Assembly (NCBI GenBank): GCA_028534125.1
Contig: CM052818.1
Coordinates: 14,944,001-15,008,000 of the forward strand
Direction: 5' to 3'
Length of the DNA: 64,000 nt
Origin: Lama glama
Lineage: Eukaryota
Every line of letters begins with the position of its first letter. The stretch's first letter is position 1. The notes below the pieces were generated by a model. That model ran no database searches. It saw nothing but the letters and a program-made list of their open reading frames with translations, and was not told the origin of the DNA. The position numbers and the translations under genes are program-made. Shown piece after piece: positions 1 through 14,094 of this stretch.

Positions 1-58
1 CTACCGAAGAAAAGGAAGCGAGACCCTGGTTTTGTGGGAGATACAATTCCTTCTGCAG
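1..58 (+). CDS. PSME4: Proteasome activator complex subunit 4 (PA200), internal coding exon (5' end truncated by window)
   Basis: Frame 1 reads LPKKRKRDPGFVGDTIPSA+G, then GT donor at 59-60; matches recalled PA200 C-terminal region. Confidence 0.93.
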
Positions 59-1517
59 GTAACAGTACTGGTAGAACATACCTTTTGGGGATTAACCAGG
101 CTTACTCAGCAAGTATTTTCTGAATGCTTTTATGTGCCTAGGCCTGGGCTAAGTACCAGGAATAGTTGTCCCTGCTTTTGAGAAGCTTTGAGTATAGAAG
201 GCAAGATCTGGGGTGTAAACGCTAAAATTGAGAGAGGTGCAAAGGAATGTATCCACTGCTGCATACAGCTATTACGACAAATCAGGTCTGGACACTCCCA
301 ACTGAAATAGCTTTAAAAAGAGAGAGATCCAGCATTAGTTATTTTGGAGGATCTAAAATATTTGTTTTTAGAATTTATAGCTTATGTGTAGATGTACTAA
401 GAGAAAAAAACTAGGTAAACCAAACAGACTTTGCTTTCATTTCGAGAGAGGAACATCATTACTTCACTAGGCATTGGGTGAGAGGGTGAGAAGACTGCTT
501 ACTCTAGAGGAGTGTCCACTCTAATTGAGCATGAAGGTAAACAGTAGTATAAGATCTGATGACTGTGTCATGTTTAAAGAGAAATTTAAATGTGATTGCA
601 AAGAAGCATCTGATCTTGCCAGTGTTGACTACAGATAATCACAAGAATCATGGAAAACATGGAAACATTATTAGTAAATAGGAAGTTTATTCAGTTGCAG
701 GAAATACCTGGAATAGGAATCTCTTCAGTCCTGATTACAGTAGGGTCTTAATTATGTCATATTGTTACCTAATAGCAATTTCTAATAAAATACCAATGTA
801 TATTGTGGTGTTTTGTTTTTGTTTTTGTTTTTTTTTGCTTAAAAACTTTTTTCATAATTAAGTACTAGTTTTGGGTCTTTGTTATACCAAATAGTGTTGT
901 TTATAATTATGACTACTCCAAATTCCCTTTTTCTTAACAGTCAACTCCCTATCTACCATGTGTGCATATATGATATACTTACAAACACATACATACACAC
1001 ATATTTATTAAAAAACAGTGAGAATTTGGAAGCACTTTATCACAACTTCTATCCTAAAAAGGAAGAATAGAGACCCTTTGGAATTCAGACACATTGCAGT
1101 TCTATTTTGAGAACTACAGACATTCCGCATATATGGTGTGTTTACCTGATGAACTGATGCATGTGAAGGGTAGTCACATCCAGAAAAGTAGGATCTAATT
1201 TTGATTGGTGATTGTTTTTGGATCAGGGATTGCGCATTCACATGTGATATGAATTTATCAAAAATGGCATTACTGTGTGAGTTTTACCAAATATATGACA
1301 CATTTCTGACCTAAATATAATTATGCTGTCATTGAGGGACAGAGGGTGTTTTTAGTTTAGCCTCAAAATTGTCTTTGATATGTATGCAGGCCAATTCATT
1401 TTAAATGCAGAAATTCACACATTGAAAACAACTAGCATAATGGAGAACTCATTTCACTGTAGCAAGTGCAGTAGAGTCCTGTGAATATTTGCACAAATAC
1501 TGCTGTTTCCTTTGCAG

Positions 1518-1651
1518 AGTTGGTCAAGCGCCATGCTGGGGTGCTAGGACTCGGTGCATGTGTTCTCTCTAGTCCTTATGATGTTCCCACCTGGATGCCC
1601 CAGCTCCTTATGAATCTCAGTGCACATCTGAATGATCCTCAGCCTATTGAG
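1518..1651 (+). CDS. PSME4: PSME4 coding exon (134 nt)
   Basis: tttcctttgcAG acceptor; (E)[44 protein letters not shown]; donor GAG|GTAAAG; phase fits previous exon. Confidence 0.96.
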
Positions 1652-2391
1652 GTAAAGTGCTTCCTTGTTAGTTTCTCTGCACACACATTATCCATGATGT
1701 TTTGTAAGAAACCATTTATACTGATAGTTTCCTATATACTCTGGATCTTCTGCTTTGATAAAGCTGCTGCTACCACTGCCTCTGCCAGAGCCACGTCTAC
1801 TCATCCATAATTACTAAAATTTTGCAGAGACTTTGCTACCTTGTTTATTTGAGGTCTTTTCGTAGCAAGGATAGTACCATAGCTGCTGCTTCATCTTTTT
1901 TTTTTTTTTGAAATTACCATAGCTTTTATCAGTCCTAGTCCAGTGGAAGTATTGTCAGTGTAGTCAGGATAGTTAAATTTTATGCTTATATTTCACTAGC
2001 ATTGTATATTTAGGAAGTATCTTAACTGGGAGTTAATATTAAACAGGAAATTGTGATGGTATTATTTAGTGAACATCTGTGTGTGTTCCTAAATTAAACA
2101 ACTTGGAAGGCCAATGCTTTGTCCTTTTCATTTTGATAAACAGATGTTAAGTGTATATTGAAACTGGTTTGATAATGCGGTGTAAGTTCTAGTCACTTAA
2201 GTGCAGCTAGTGATAAATTCTAAAGAAGTGGGCTTGGTGGCTTTTCGAAGTAAGATTGATTTATTGGTTTTGTAGCACTCAGTGAAGTGTCAGGTTCTGA
2301 AGTCAAGAAGGATTGTTAATTAGCTGAAGGTATTCTAAATATAACCCTGGAGAGGTTAAAATAAAGTGTATATGGGTTGCCTACCCTACAG

Positions 2392-2526
2392 ATGACCGTA
2401 AAAAAGACCTTATCCAATTTCCGAAGGACACACCATGACAACTGGCAAGAACACAAACAGCAATTCACTGACGACCAGCTGCTCGTTCTCACCGACCTCC
2501 TTGTGTCACCCTGCTATTATGCATAG
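2392..2526 (+). CDS. PSME4: PSME4 last coding exon
   Basis: cctacAG acceptor; [44 protein letters not shown]; ends in the HbYX-type YYA motif of PA200/Blm10; donor AAG|GTAAGG at 2530/2531. Confidence 0.96.
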   Translation: MTVKKTLSNFRRTHHDNWQEHKQQFTDDQLLVLTDLLVSPCYYA

Positions 2527-2986
2527 AAAGGTAAGGCAGCACAGTTCAGAGTTTAAAGAAGCCTGGCATCCTCAGGCAGATGTCACTGGTTTGATTAACT
2601 GAGAAGTGGGTATTCGTAAGTTTTTTCTCTCATGGCTCTTGCTATGGCCATGGAAGAAAGTTCCCAGAGAACTGACTGCTTTCGGACCTTTATACGTGTG
2701 TGGGCTTAGTGGCCTGGGAACAGTTAGATGAAAGAAGGGAGATCATATTCGTAGTTGCCTCCTGAGTGGGGCCTGGACATTTTGAGTTGTCCGAGGGACT
2801 CTAGGTTCTGTACAGTTGTGAGAACATTTCATCTGAATTCTTCAGTATTTATTATTCATTCTGTATTAGAGAGGAATGACCCAGAAGCCTTTCTACTGGG
2901 ATAGGTAGAATATTGATTTTCCTTTTTGGGCTCTTTGAATTGGATGTCCTTTTGCCTAATTGAACTTTTTTTCCTCCTTGATACAG

Positions 2987-4560
2987 ATGAGTAATCCTCA
3001 CTTCGAGCTCTTTTCATCAAAAATTCCAGATCCTCAGGTATCATCTATGATGGTGGCTCTTCGCAGGTTTTAAAACTCTGCCCCTCTTGAGCTCTCGTCA
3101 TTTTGGTGGTTTCTGTGTTTGGTCTCGTTAGTCCATGTTCCACAGGTTCTCAGCTGCCATTTGATTTCCTAACTTGCCCAGAAATGTTTCCAGAATATTG
3201 ATCACCTTTTCTTTGAGGCATCTGACAAAGCCACAGTATCTCAGACCAGAAATAATCACCCACTATGATCATGGCATCCAAGACCAGACAGAGTCTAGGA
3301 ACTCATTACGAAACAGTTTACTTTGAATGGAGAGTGTCCATCTGTCATACAGGTCCTGTCATTCCATTCATCTCAAATTACTCTGAATTCTTTCCAAATG
3401 GCTGTTGGGTTTAGATGGTATTAGGGCTGTGGGCCATAAATCTGAAGCCTCGTGAGCCTTGGGTCTGGAGAGCCATGAAGAGGGAAGGAAAGGAGGGCAA
3501 GTCTTGAACCCAACGAAGGACCTGATGGATTGCTTGACCAAGACACAGAAGTGAAGTCTGTGTCCAAGTGCTTCTCACAGGCTGGAGTTTTTGGTGCTGA
3601 GTAATAGAGCAATTGCTGAAAAACCGGGGGTTTGCTGAATAAATTTTTGATCGATTGTTGTGTGTGTTTACAGTGTGTGATTTTGAAAATAAATAACAAC
3701 AACAATAAAAACCCTGACTGGTTGATTTTTACTGGTTGTATTCTTCACCAATATTGTTTGACCCTCTTTGAAAACTGTTATACTTCACCTAATGGAGGAC
3801 TGCTGTGTTTGTGGAAATTCTGTAATTTTTTTCTCTTTTTTTTTTTTCCCCCTCGTTTGTTTTCCTTTTTCTTTCCTTTTTCTTTTTTTTTTTTTTTTTG
3901 CCTGCAGAATCGTTGAGAGACTAGTAAGTCTTAATATTTAATTGACTTGTTTAATAAATGTTACATAGATGTAAAAGACTGTATAAACTGTAGACATAGC
4001 ATTGCCAAGACTTTGTACAGATGCAACCTCTTACACAACACCATTGTGTAATTAATTTGTAAAGATTCACATGTAGCTCTTTATTATAGTGATTTTTGGC
4101 TTTTGTACCAATTGAATGCCATTTTTTGTGTTTTTAAATTATTTTCTTTATCTTTTCATGTTACAAAAGCTAAGGTGTGGGGTTTCTGTTTGAGTTCATT
4201 TATCGTTAGAATGTCTGAATTTTTATGTAACTTTTTGTGTGCATCTTTAAATGCAAGCGCCACATGTTTGCCTATGACAAATTGATAGAATGCCAGTTAT
4301 CTTCTAGGTTCAAGTAATTCACAAGTTGGTGAATGTCATCTTACAACACACCCTGTACAGTCTTCCTTAAAGGAACACTACAGTATATTTTTTAGTATCT
4401 ACTTGCAGAGTGACTCGATACAGACCTAAGCCCAGCAGAGGTCCTGATACAGTACTTAAGTGTCAGCATACACAGGCATAATGCCTCTATAGAGTAGTGC
4501 CAAACTGATTATTTCAATTGTGTAACTAGTTTGAAACTCAATAAATGGATTGTTTTTAAC
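2987..4560 (+). other. PSME4: PSME4 terminal non-coding exon (3'UTR)
   Basis: CTAAT branch-like motif at 2956, pyrimidine tract and acAG acceptor at 2986; AATAAA at 3638, 3688, 3704, 3953 and 4540; 3' end approximate. Confidence 0.7.
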
Positions 4561-4689
4561 ACCTGGCTTTTTGTCTTCATTGCAAGGAGAAGACAGTTCT
4601 ATTGGCAGTGACTCTCGCAGATTCCTTTTGCGTTGATGGATCTGGATCCATAAATTCATGCCCTCTGACCAGAATGAACTATTTAGATC

Positions 4690-4901
4690 AGACCTGCCCA
4701 GTACAGTAGCTCATAGCCACCTGTGACTATTTATTACATTTAAGTTAAATTAAAAATTCCTCAGTCTCACTCACCACATTTCACGTGCTTATTAGCTACC
4801 TGTGGCTGGTGTTTACCCTACTGAATAGCACAAGTGAATGTTTTTTTTTTTTTTAATATGGAATGCTTCACGAATTTGCCTGTCATCCTTGCACAGGGGC
4901 C

Positions 4902-4941
<40 letters not shown>

Positions 4942-5001
4942 ACTTGCCGAGGTGAGCACCAGGTGAGTGTTTTCATCATCAAAGAAAGTTGGATAGCACT
5001 G
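4690..5001 (-). mobile_element. MER3-like hAT-Charlie DNA transposon remnant, interrupted by a U6 retrocopy
   Basis: agccacctgtg...ttaaattaaaaattcctcagtctcactcaccacatttcacgtgct...catcatcaaagaaagttggatagcactg resembles the recalled MER3 consensus in reverse. Confidence 0.7.
4841..4959 (-). pseudogene. RNU6 pseudogene: Processed U6 snRNA pseudogene with poly(A) tail
   Basis: Reverse complement GTGCTCACCTCGGCAAGTACATATACTAAAATTGGAACGATACAGAGAAGATTAGCATGGCCCCTGTGCAAGGATGACAGGCAAATTCGTGAAGCATTCCATATT + A14; flanked by CAAGTGAATGTTTT / CAGGTGAGTGTTTT TSD. Confidence 0.95.
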
Positions 5002-5009
5002 ATCTAGAC

Positions 5010-5320
5010 GAGTCTTCAAATTGATGAGAATCACATGAGGATTTTGTTAAAATGTGAATTTTAATTCATGCTCCCAGCTCATGATACTGATGCCTAGTCC
5101 GGAAACCACACTGAGTAGTGAGGCTTTATGTTACATTGACCACTCCGGCTTTTCCTAACTAAGCTATTTGAAACTCTGCCTTAGCAAGTTCCTAAAGTGC
5201 AATAATGGGAACCTACTGCGTTACTCAATCAGAATATCTCTGGTTGGGGCTCAGGCATCAGCATCTTACAAAAGCTCCCTAACACTTCACTCCTGCAGCC
5301 AGGATGGAGGACCACTGGTG
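5010..5320. mobile_element. MER5-like hAT DNA transposon fragments
   Basis: gagaatcacatgaggattttgttaaaatg and aatcagaatatctctggttggggctcaggcatcagcat...ggaccactg motifs. Confidence 0.45.
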
Positions 5321-5984
5321 AAGATTCCTGAGGCACACTCTGGACCTTAAAAAGTGTTACTTAATCTGAATTTTTAACGTGCCCCAAGTGATTCTGATAC
5401 CAGGCTTAGAAGTTGCTTATTACTTTGATACCCCAATCTGATTATGCTGTGAATCATTTAATTCCCCAAGTTTTCTACTAATATTTTCAAAAATGAAAGG
5501 GGGGTGGGAGAGAAAAGGGATGAATGGCAACAGTTGTCTAAGACAGTTCTTAAATGGATGTTGCATTCAAAAGAAAAGGGAACCACAGAAGGAACAGTGT
5601 TTAAGGGAAGGCAATGTATGAAGGCAGACGAGTGTTTAGAAAGTCTCAGCTTGGTTGGGAGCTTTTGTAAGATGCTGATTCCTGATGTCAGTTTCTAGGT
5701 GGCTTGCAGGATGGGGGAAAGTGAGTGTTGGGAAGTGAGGGGAGGAGAAAGTCTGTATCTTTGATGTTGTAAGAGCCAATAAATATCTTTAGTTTCAGAA
5801 TGGATCCTTTAAAAAAGAAAGACTTTGCAGATTGTTTGATAATTTGAGAGAAAATTTACCCACCTATTCTCTTAATGTGAATGATTAGGAGTATGGCCAC
5901 AAAGGACCAGTGAGGAGTTTTGTCTGACTGGAAAAATTAACTCTCTACATAGCCTTCATGGTTATTATTTTTGTGGCCAAAGAT

Positions 5985-6330
5985 CATTTGTCTTGTTAAT
6001 GTAACTAAGCATTCCCCCATTGTTGAACATCAAGGTTGTTTTCAATTTCTCTACTACAGACACACTGCAGTGAACATTTTCATACCTTCATGCTTAAAAC
6101 TGTTTTCTTCTCCTCAAGTATTTCCTTTGGATAAATTCCAGGGAATGAGATTTTTAGGTCAATCTAAACATCTGAATAGATCTGATGTTCTTCTCAAAGT
6201 ACATGTGCCAATTTGCATTGTCATTGATAGTGTATATAGAATGGTGGTTTCCCTGCAAATTGATAACCTATTCATATTTTAACATGTTTATAGTCAGCCC
6301 TGTTTATTTGCATATTTTCCATTTTTTGAC
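5985..6330 (-). mobile_element. Ancient L1 (L1ME-like) ORF2 3' fragment
   Basis: cccattgttgaacatcaaggttgttttcaattt...tgcagtgaacatttt...ggataaattcc, a typical antisense L1M stretch. Confidence 0.6.
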
Positions 6331-7559
6331 TACTAAACCAATGTTCTTTCCAACTTGACACACTGCTGGTACATTTTGCAGACCTAATTGTAGTCTTAGC
6401 CTTGTTGCTGGTCCTAACTAGCTCTGAAACTTTGGTGGTTCCTGATTTCCTCTTCTAGATCTCTAGAATCCTTTAACAACTTGTGAATTGTTTATTCAAT
6501 ATGAGATAATTTCTCCCATAGGTGTAACTCTAATGGTGGCATTCTAGCCAGAACCTATTGTAATCTCCTCCTGTATTGTGGCCACATGCCTGGAAGTGGA
6601 TGGCAATTACTTATGCAGTAGCTAATTGACATGCAGAGGGATATAACTTTGCGATATAACTTTGCCACTCTGAATGCTAACTCCACTCTAAATACTAATG
6701 GTCTTCTTTTCTTTTTTTCCTAAGGCCTAAGTCACTGTTACTGACAACACAGATTACAACTGAAGTTATTTCTAAATTCTGATAGCATTGTCAACTCCTG
6801 GACTGAATGTCTATTTCATAATTTGGCCAGCCCTCTTAATTTTCTCGAAAGCAAGGGGGGAACTGGGAAAAACAAGTTATATGCATAAATCAAATTCTTT
6901 GGAACTTGGTACCAAATGGTTGTTTAAAAGGATAAACTATTGGCCAAAATGGAGATTTCAGTAGCAATACTCTTAAGTATTTCACTTAAACAGAATCTTC
7001 TGGGTTTTCTGGCAATACGTGGAGGAAAGTAGTAAGATCTTAATAACCCAGGTTGGGACACTGAAGGAGTACAGAGTTTAACTGGCTCTCTTTTGTACCT
7101 AGAATAGCAAACATTTAGGAATGCTACTTGATAACCCCTGAGACTAAAATTAAACCCATTTTATGAGTTCATTATTTTGGACTTTAGAAGAAAGAGATAG
7201 GTAGCTTATTGATTACTAAAATTAGCTGTGTAACATAGCGTCATTGCTTTTCAAGATAATATACATTCAACACAGCATTAAATAGTGTCTGTGATTTCTT
7301 GGCTTGGTTATTTTATGTGAATGGGTACTGTCTTTCTACTTTGCCTTTGTTTCCTAGTAATTATTCCCCTTGCTGGGTTCCCTCAGTAAATTCGTTAATA
7401 CTTTCAGAGAGCTGAGAAGGAAAAAAAATGTGTAGTTTTGTTTTACATTAAGTTAATGTTGGTTTGATTTAAATTCTGTTAAAAATGACTTGATTTACAA
7501 ATTCTGTGTCTCAAAATACCAAACTGCACGACGCCAGTTTAATCTAGGAGGGAACGTAT

Positions 7560-8570
7560 TAGCTGCAGTAGAGAGGCGCTCGGCAGGCGGACTTGGACGC
7601 CCCGGAATGAGGCGAGGTGGGCGGCGGGCCGGCCAGACGCCTAGGGAGGTCCAGACCCCGCGAAGGCCTACGTGAAGCCGCCGTCCCGCCCTGTTCGCGG
7701 CCCCCACGGGTGGCTGTGCGCCATCCGTGCCCCTGCCTGTGCTCTCCTCTCCACCCAGCCCGCTCGCCCCCTCTCCCTCCGTCTGTCAGCTCTTGTCAGC
7801 CTCAGGGAGCCCCCACTCCCCGAGCGGCAAGACGCCGCGCCTGAGAGACACCTCGCGCGGCGCGGAGGACGACGCCGGGCGGCGGGCCACGAGGGCACGC
7901 GGAGGCCCGCGAGGCGGCGGGGGCAGGCGGGGCGCGGAGCCGGAGTGTCCGGCCAAGGGGGCGGCGCCCTCCGCGGCTCCGTGACTGCGCCTCCGCGCCC
8001 CCGGCTCGCCGCGGCTCCCAGGATGCGCGGAGGCGGCGGCGATGGCGATGATGCCTCGAGCCCTGCATCATCCCCGGCGGCGGGCGGAGCTGGGGTCCCG
8101 GCTGCGAGATGGTGGAGGAGGGGCGGCGCTACGGCCACCAGGCAGGTGAGAGGCCTCGGACCCCTAGAGGAGGACGACCCCGCGGGGACCGGGAGGGCCG
8201 GGCCACGAGAAGCCGGAGGACGGGCGAGAAGGCGGCTGCGCGGGTCTAGGCCCGGCCGCCGCGCACCTGCGGCCCTGCGCCCCCGGCGCGGCCTGCGGGG
8301 AAGCCATGTCGCCCCTGCCCTGCCGGCTTCGGGGCTCCCCCGGGCCTGTGGCACCCCTCCCCCACCGTCCATGCTCTGGCTGAGCCCTCCTCACCCCGGC
8401 GACCCTTTTCGGAATCTTTTACAAGATTCCCTGGACCCGGCTAGGCCCTCCTTACCTAACCTTCCCCAGCCCAGGGAGCCCCTATCCCTCGCCAACCCCT
8501 GACGGAGGTCGACATTCCCTCCCAGCAGCCTCCCACTCCATCCTCAGACTGGGGGTGCTCCGCAGCCGCC
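7560..8570 (+). promoter_or_regulatory. GPR75: CpG island / GPR75 promoter
   Basis: Very GC- and CpG-rich ~1 kb with multiple GGGCGG boxes, surrounding a strong splice donor. Confidence 0.85.
7980..8145 (+). other. GPR75: GPR75 exon 1 (leader exon; TSS approximate), also the probable first exon of the GPR75-ASB3 read-through
   Basis: Donor CAG|GTGAGA at 8145/8146 inside the CpG island; contains ATGs at 8023, 8042, 8048, 8051 and 8109. Confidence 0.75.
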
Positions 8571-9794
8571 CCATCTCCCTCATCCACTGACCCTACCCTA
8601 CCTCATCAGCTGCACCGGGTTTCAATATGTAGTTCAGCTGCGGCGAAAGAGCATGACCTCTGAAATCAGATAAATCTGGCTTGAATCTTAGTGACCTTGG
8701 ATAAGTCACCTAACTTCCCTGAGGTTTTTCCTGATTAATACAAATTCAGTGCGAATAACAATATTACAAAACCTTGTTCTCTTTTGAGGGTTAGACTCTG
8801 AAAATGCCTGCCCTCAAGGAATTGAAGGCATTATGAGATTAAAAAAAAAATTAGTTGGAAGAGTCCAGGTCGTGAGTTGACTTGTAAAAGTTCGTAGAAA
8901 ATGTTTCAATATGTACTAAAATATTAAGACAGCACACTATCAGAGGCGTTTCACACATCGGAATGAGGCATCACTGCTGTATAGTAAATTTTCACTTACT
9001 ATTCCTTGCTTACTAGTTAGGATCTCTCCTCTTTAGTTGTAACAAAATGCATATGATATAAATTCATTCTATCTTATTGTGGGTAATAAGCCTTAAGACT
9101 GGAGTTGCAACTTAAAATTTTTCTGATTTTATTACCTTAATCACATCTTCCAGCAACTATTTATGGTCCTAGAGATAAAGAGTATCTTGTATGCTTGCAT
9201 TGAAACCAATGTTGGGAACCTTTATTTAACATTTAGGAGTAAGTAGTGAATAGGTATTCATTTACCTGCCCTCCTCAAATCACTGAGTTTTATAGTTCTG
9301 CCGTCATAGCTTTGTCCCAAATTGTCATCTCAGCCTCCTCTTTCTCAGAAGTAATACCTGGGTTTACTTTCTCTCCATTTTCTTATTGTTTCTAAAGTTT
9401 CTCTGCCAAAACGTTTACTTCTGTTCTGTCTTCTGCTTTTTCTCCCTTTTTTCTTCCCATTCTCTGATTCCTTCCTTTTTCCCTAATTATCCCAATCAGA
9501 ATGATTTACAGTTACTTTATACCAAAACCATAATTATCAACCCTGCCAAAAAGGGTACACAGTAGTATGTATATGTATATCTGCATTCAAATTTTGGGCT
9601 CCAGGAACTTTGAGTTGGGAAGCGATTGCAATCCTACTTCATAGGATTATAATGACAATGAAATAAAGTTTGATAGTATATGTGAAACTTCTAGTAGAAG
9701 TGCCTGGTAGATACACAATAACCACCCAATAAATTATAGCAGCTGTAACTCTTTTCTGACCTGGGGCTCCCTGCCTTGATTGCTGTTCTTTTTA

Positions 9795-10010
9795 GCATGG
9801 TGGAGTGTGGGCTTTAGAGAGCAACTGCTTAGGTTCAAATCCGTGCTCTACGCCTTTAAGAGAGGGGCTCACTTTCCTCATCTGCAAAATGGAGGTAAAT
9901 TATACTGTCTCAAGGTTGTTGTAAGAATTCAGAAAGTTTAAAGTGTGGAGCATTGAGTGCATGGCATATCATAATCACTGAGTAATGTTAACATAATGAT
10001 ACTGATCATT
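9795..10010 (+). mobile_element. MIR SINE
   Basis: gttcaaatccgtgctcta...tttcctcatctgcaaaatggagg...aaggttgttgtaagaatt core. Confidence 0.7.
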
Positions 10011-12375
10011 ATATTCCTGACCTAGAATTCTCCTTTTTCTTAATTAATTGAAAAATTATAACGGACAGGAAGTGAAAGTTGTCCCTCAGCTCCTCCAAAT
10101 CTTTTTTTTCCCCTCCTGCCTCTTATCCTTGACTAATGTTGGTGTCTCACATTCCATTTTCCCCTTGACAACTCCCTTTCCATATATCTCCCAGCCTGGG
10201 GTCTTCATAAATTCCATCACCCATGTCTTCATTATTACCCACTTACTCAATATTTCTCTTAGCATTCTAATTCCAGACTTCATCCTTTTAATTTCCGCAG
10301 ACCAAATTCCTGCTTTCCTCTTCACCCCTGTTCATCTCCCTACTTACAACGTGGGAGCCCTTCAGGGTCAGGAGAATTTGGTACAAATAATATTATCACC
10401 TTTCTGCCCTTCCTGTGTCCATAAATTGAATTTTCTCTCTTACTTCTTTTTTCATCAGTTAACCAGAATCCTCCAATTAACAATTAGAAAAGCAAACAGT
10501 AAAAGTGTTTTTTTCCCCACTATGTAGGTATCAAAAAGGGTTCAGAAATGGGTACACAGTCTTTAAGTGAAAACAAAAAGCTATCCATTATTACTGTTTT
10601 TTAATTCTAATCATCAAGAAACAGAAGATCAGGATTTAATTTTTCTCTCATAGAACTTTCATAAGGAAAGTACATAAAAGTTGGTCTCACTTCCCAGTGG
10701 AGAAATTCATGATATTGTCATGATCTGTTCTCTTTGACCTCTGAGAATGTGGAAGAGGTTATCTTCTTCCTTCAGGAAGGATACCAGTTAGTTACATGGA
10801 TCTCCCCAGGACTGGAATTTGTCTGATCCTCTCTGGCACAGCTGTACTTGTTATTGAATGCTAAGAGATTTCTATATTGGGTGGTCCATAGCTCCTGCTT
10901 GGCGTTCCTGGTAATCCCTCGCTGACCTGGCTCCTTCCTCCTCACCCCATGATCCAGCAACTAAAGGGTTAACCCCTGGCACAGCTGCAGGCCTCTGAGA
11001 CCCAGGTGGAGTTAGTGGTTAAATATTCTGAACATCACCCCTGGACCTCCCCAATGCCACTGGTTATTCCTAAAATGCTGGATTAAAGCAAATTCTTTTT
11101 GGTTGCAAAGAGCATTGCACCAGTCTCCCAGGAACAACTTAAGCTGGACCACCGGAAGCATCTTTGGGAGCAGGGTAGGCACCAGGCTACACAGGGCTTT
11201 GGGATTTGGAACAAAAGATTGTGTGAGTGTACTACGTCAGATATCGCAAAATGGAGGGGAAGAAAAGGTTAAGAAAGTAAAGGAGCAAGAAGAAAAAAGT
11301 TACTCTTTGAAAGTAGAGGCTGAGTCTTATCTTTGCAGCCACAGTGCATAGCATAAAGCTGTCATATAGTGCACATGAGAGATGTGAGCCAGGTGAATGA
11401 ATGCATGACTGGGTGCATACCTCTTGCCTCATGAAGATACTCCTGCTGGGATAATGATGACTCACATTTATACAGAGAGTTTACAAAGTGGTGCTTTGCA
11501 CCTTGTGAATCTCAAATATAATTCTGACACTCTTCATTACTTCTATGTTTTCCCTCTCAAAGGTAGTCCTATACAAAGTTCTTTTCCAAAGCAAAGTATG
11601 GACTTGGCCAAGAAATCAGAAGCAGGGAGAAGAAAATATAAATACTGGAAAACAAAGGATTCTTCCTAAGGAAAAAAATGGGATTTGTTAGTGACTTGTG
11701 AGAGTTCTGCAAAGGGCCACAGCATCCGCCAATGATACCCTCTTGCTCATATGGCAAGCACATGCTATTTCTTGCCTCAGTCCTGCTGCAAAGGCCTACT
11801 CCCCTTCTCCCCGCCTGTCCATCCCCCACTCCCTGCCGCTCACCTTTCACCCAGCGAGCTCCTCCTTACCCCCTCAGCCTCTCTCAGGTCCACGCTGGGC
11901 TGGATTACATTCAGCCTCTCTCCCTCCCGCAGCGCCCTGTTGTCAGCCGATTTGCCGCATTAGGCTGCCGTTACATCGTGAGGTTGATCTCCTCCAACTG
12001 GATTGTGATCTCTTGGTGGAGAAGTTATGTTCCTGTGTGTCCAGTGTCCGGCACTCGGGTGTTTCTGTACATCTGTACACCTACCCTTCAGTCACAATCT
12101 CAAGGGGGTGACGCCCAGGAATCTGTCTTTTTAACCCTCTCACCAGGCGTTGCTTAAACTAGCTTGAAACCACTGTGTCATAAAAGCTAAAACTAGCTGT
12201 ATGAATGTATTCTGAGGTGTCTGTGTCTTTTCTGTGTTGGGCTTTGAGAGGAGAAATGCTTTCCAGGCACAGGGTCAGAGCTGAAAAATCCTAGAGCTTT
12301 TATAAAAGCTCCTGAGACCAGTCTGCTTTCTCCATTAATTCCTTTCTGTTTCTGGGTGTGCATTTTTGTGCGCAG

Positions 12376-14094
<1,719 letters not shown>

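Noticed and set aside
6640..6665. 13-bp perfect tandem duplication GATATAACTTTGC x2
   Set aside because: Real but an ordinary slippage event with no functional clue
7490..8502. Long overlapping ORFs (234-276 aa) in the GPR75 CpG island
   Set aside because: Arg/Gly/Pro/Ala-rich stop-poor frames expected in GC-rich DNA; they run through a splice donor and show no domain. Only the ATG-initiated spliced uORFs were kept
10048..10527. 159-aa hydrophobic ORF in the GPR75 intron
   Set aside because: TTG start in pyrimidine-rich, probably decayed repeat sequence; no splice or domain support
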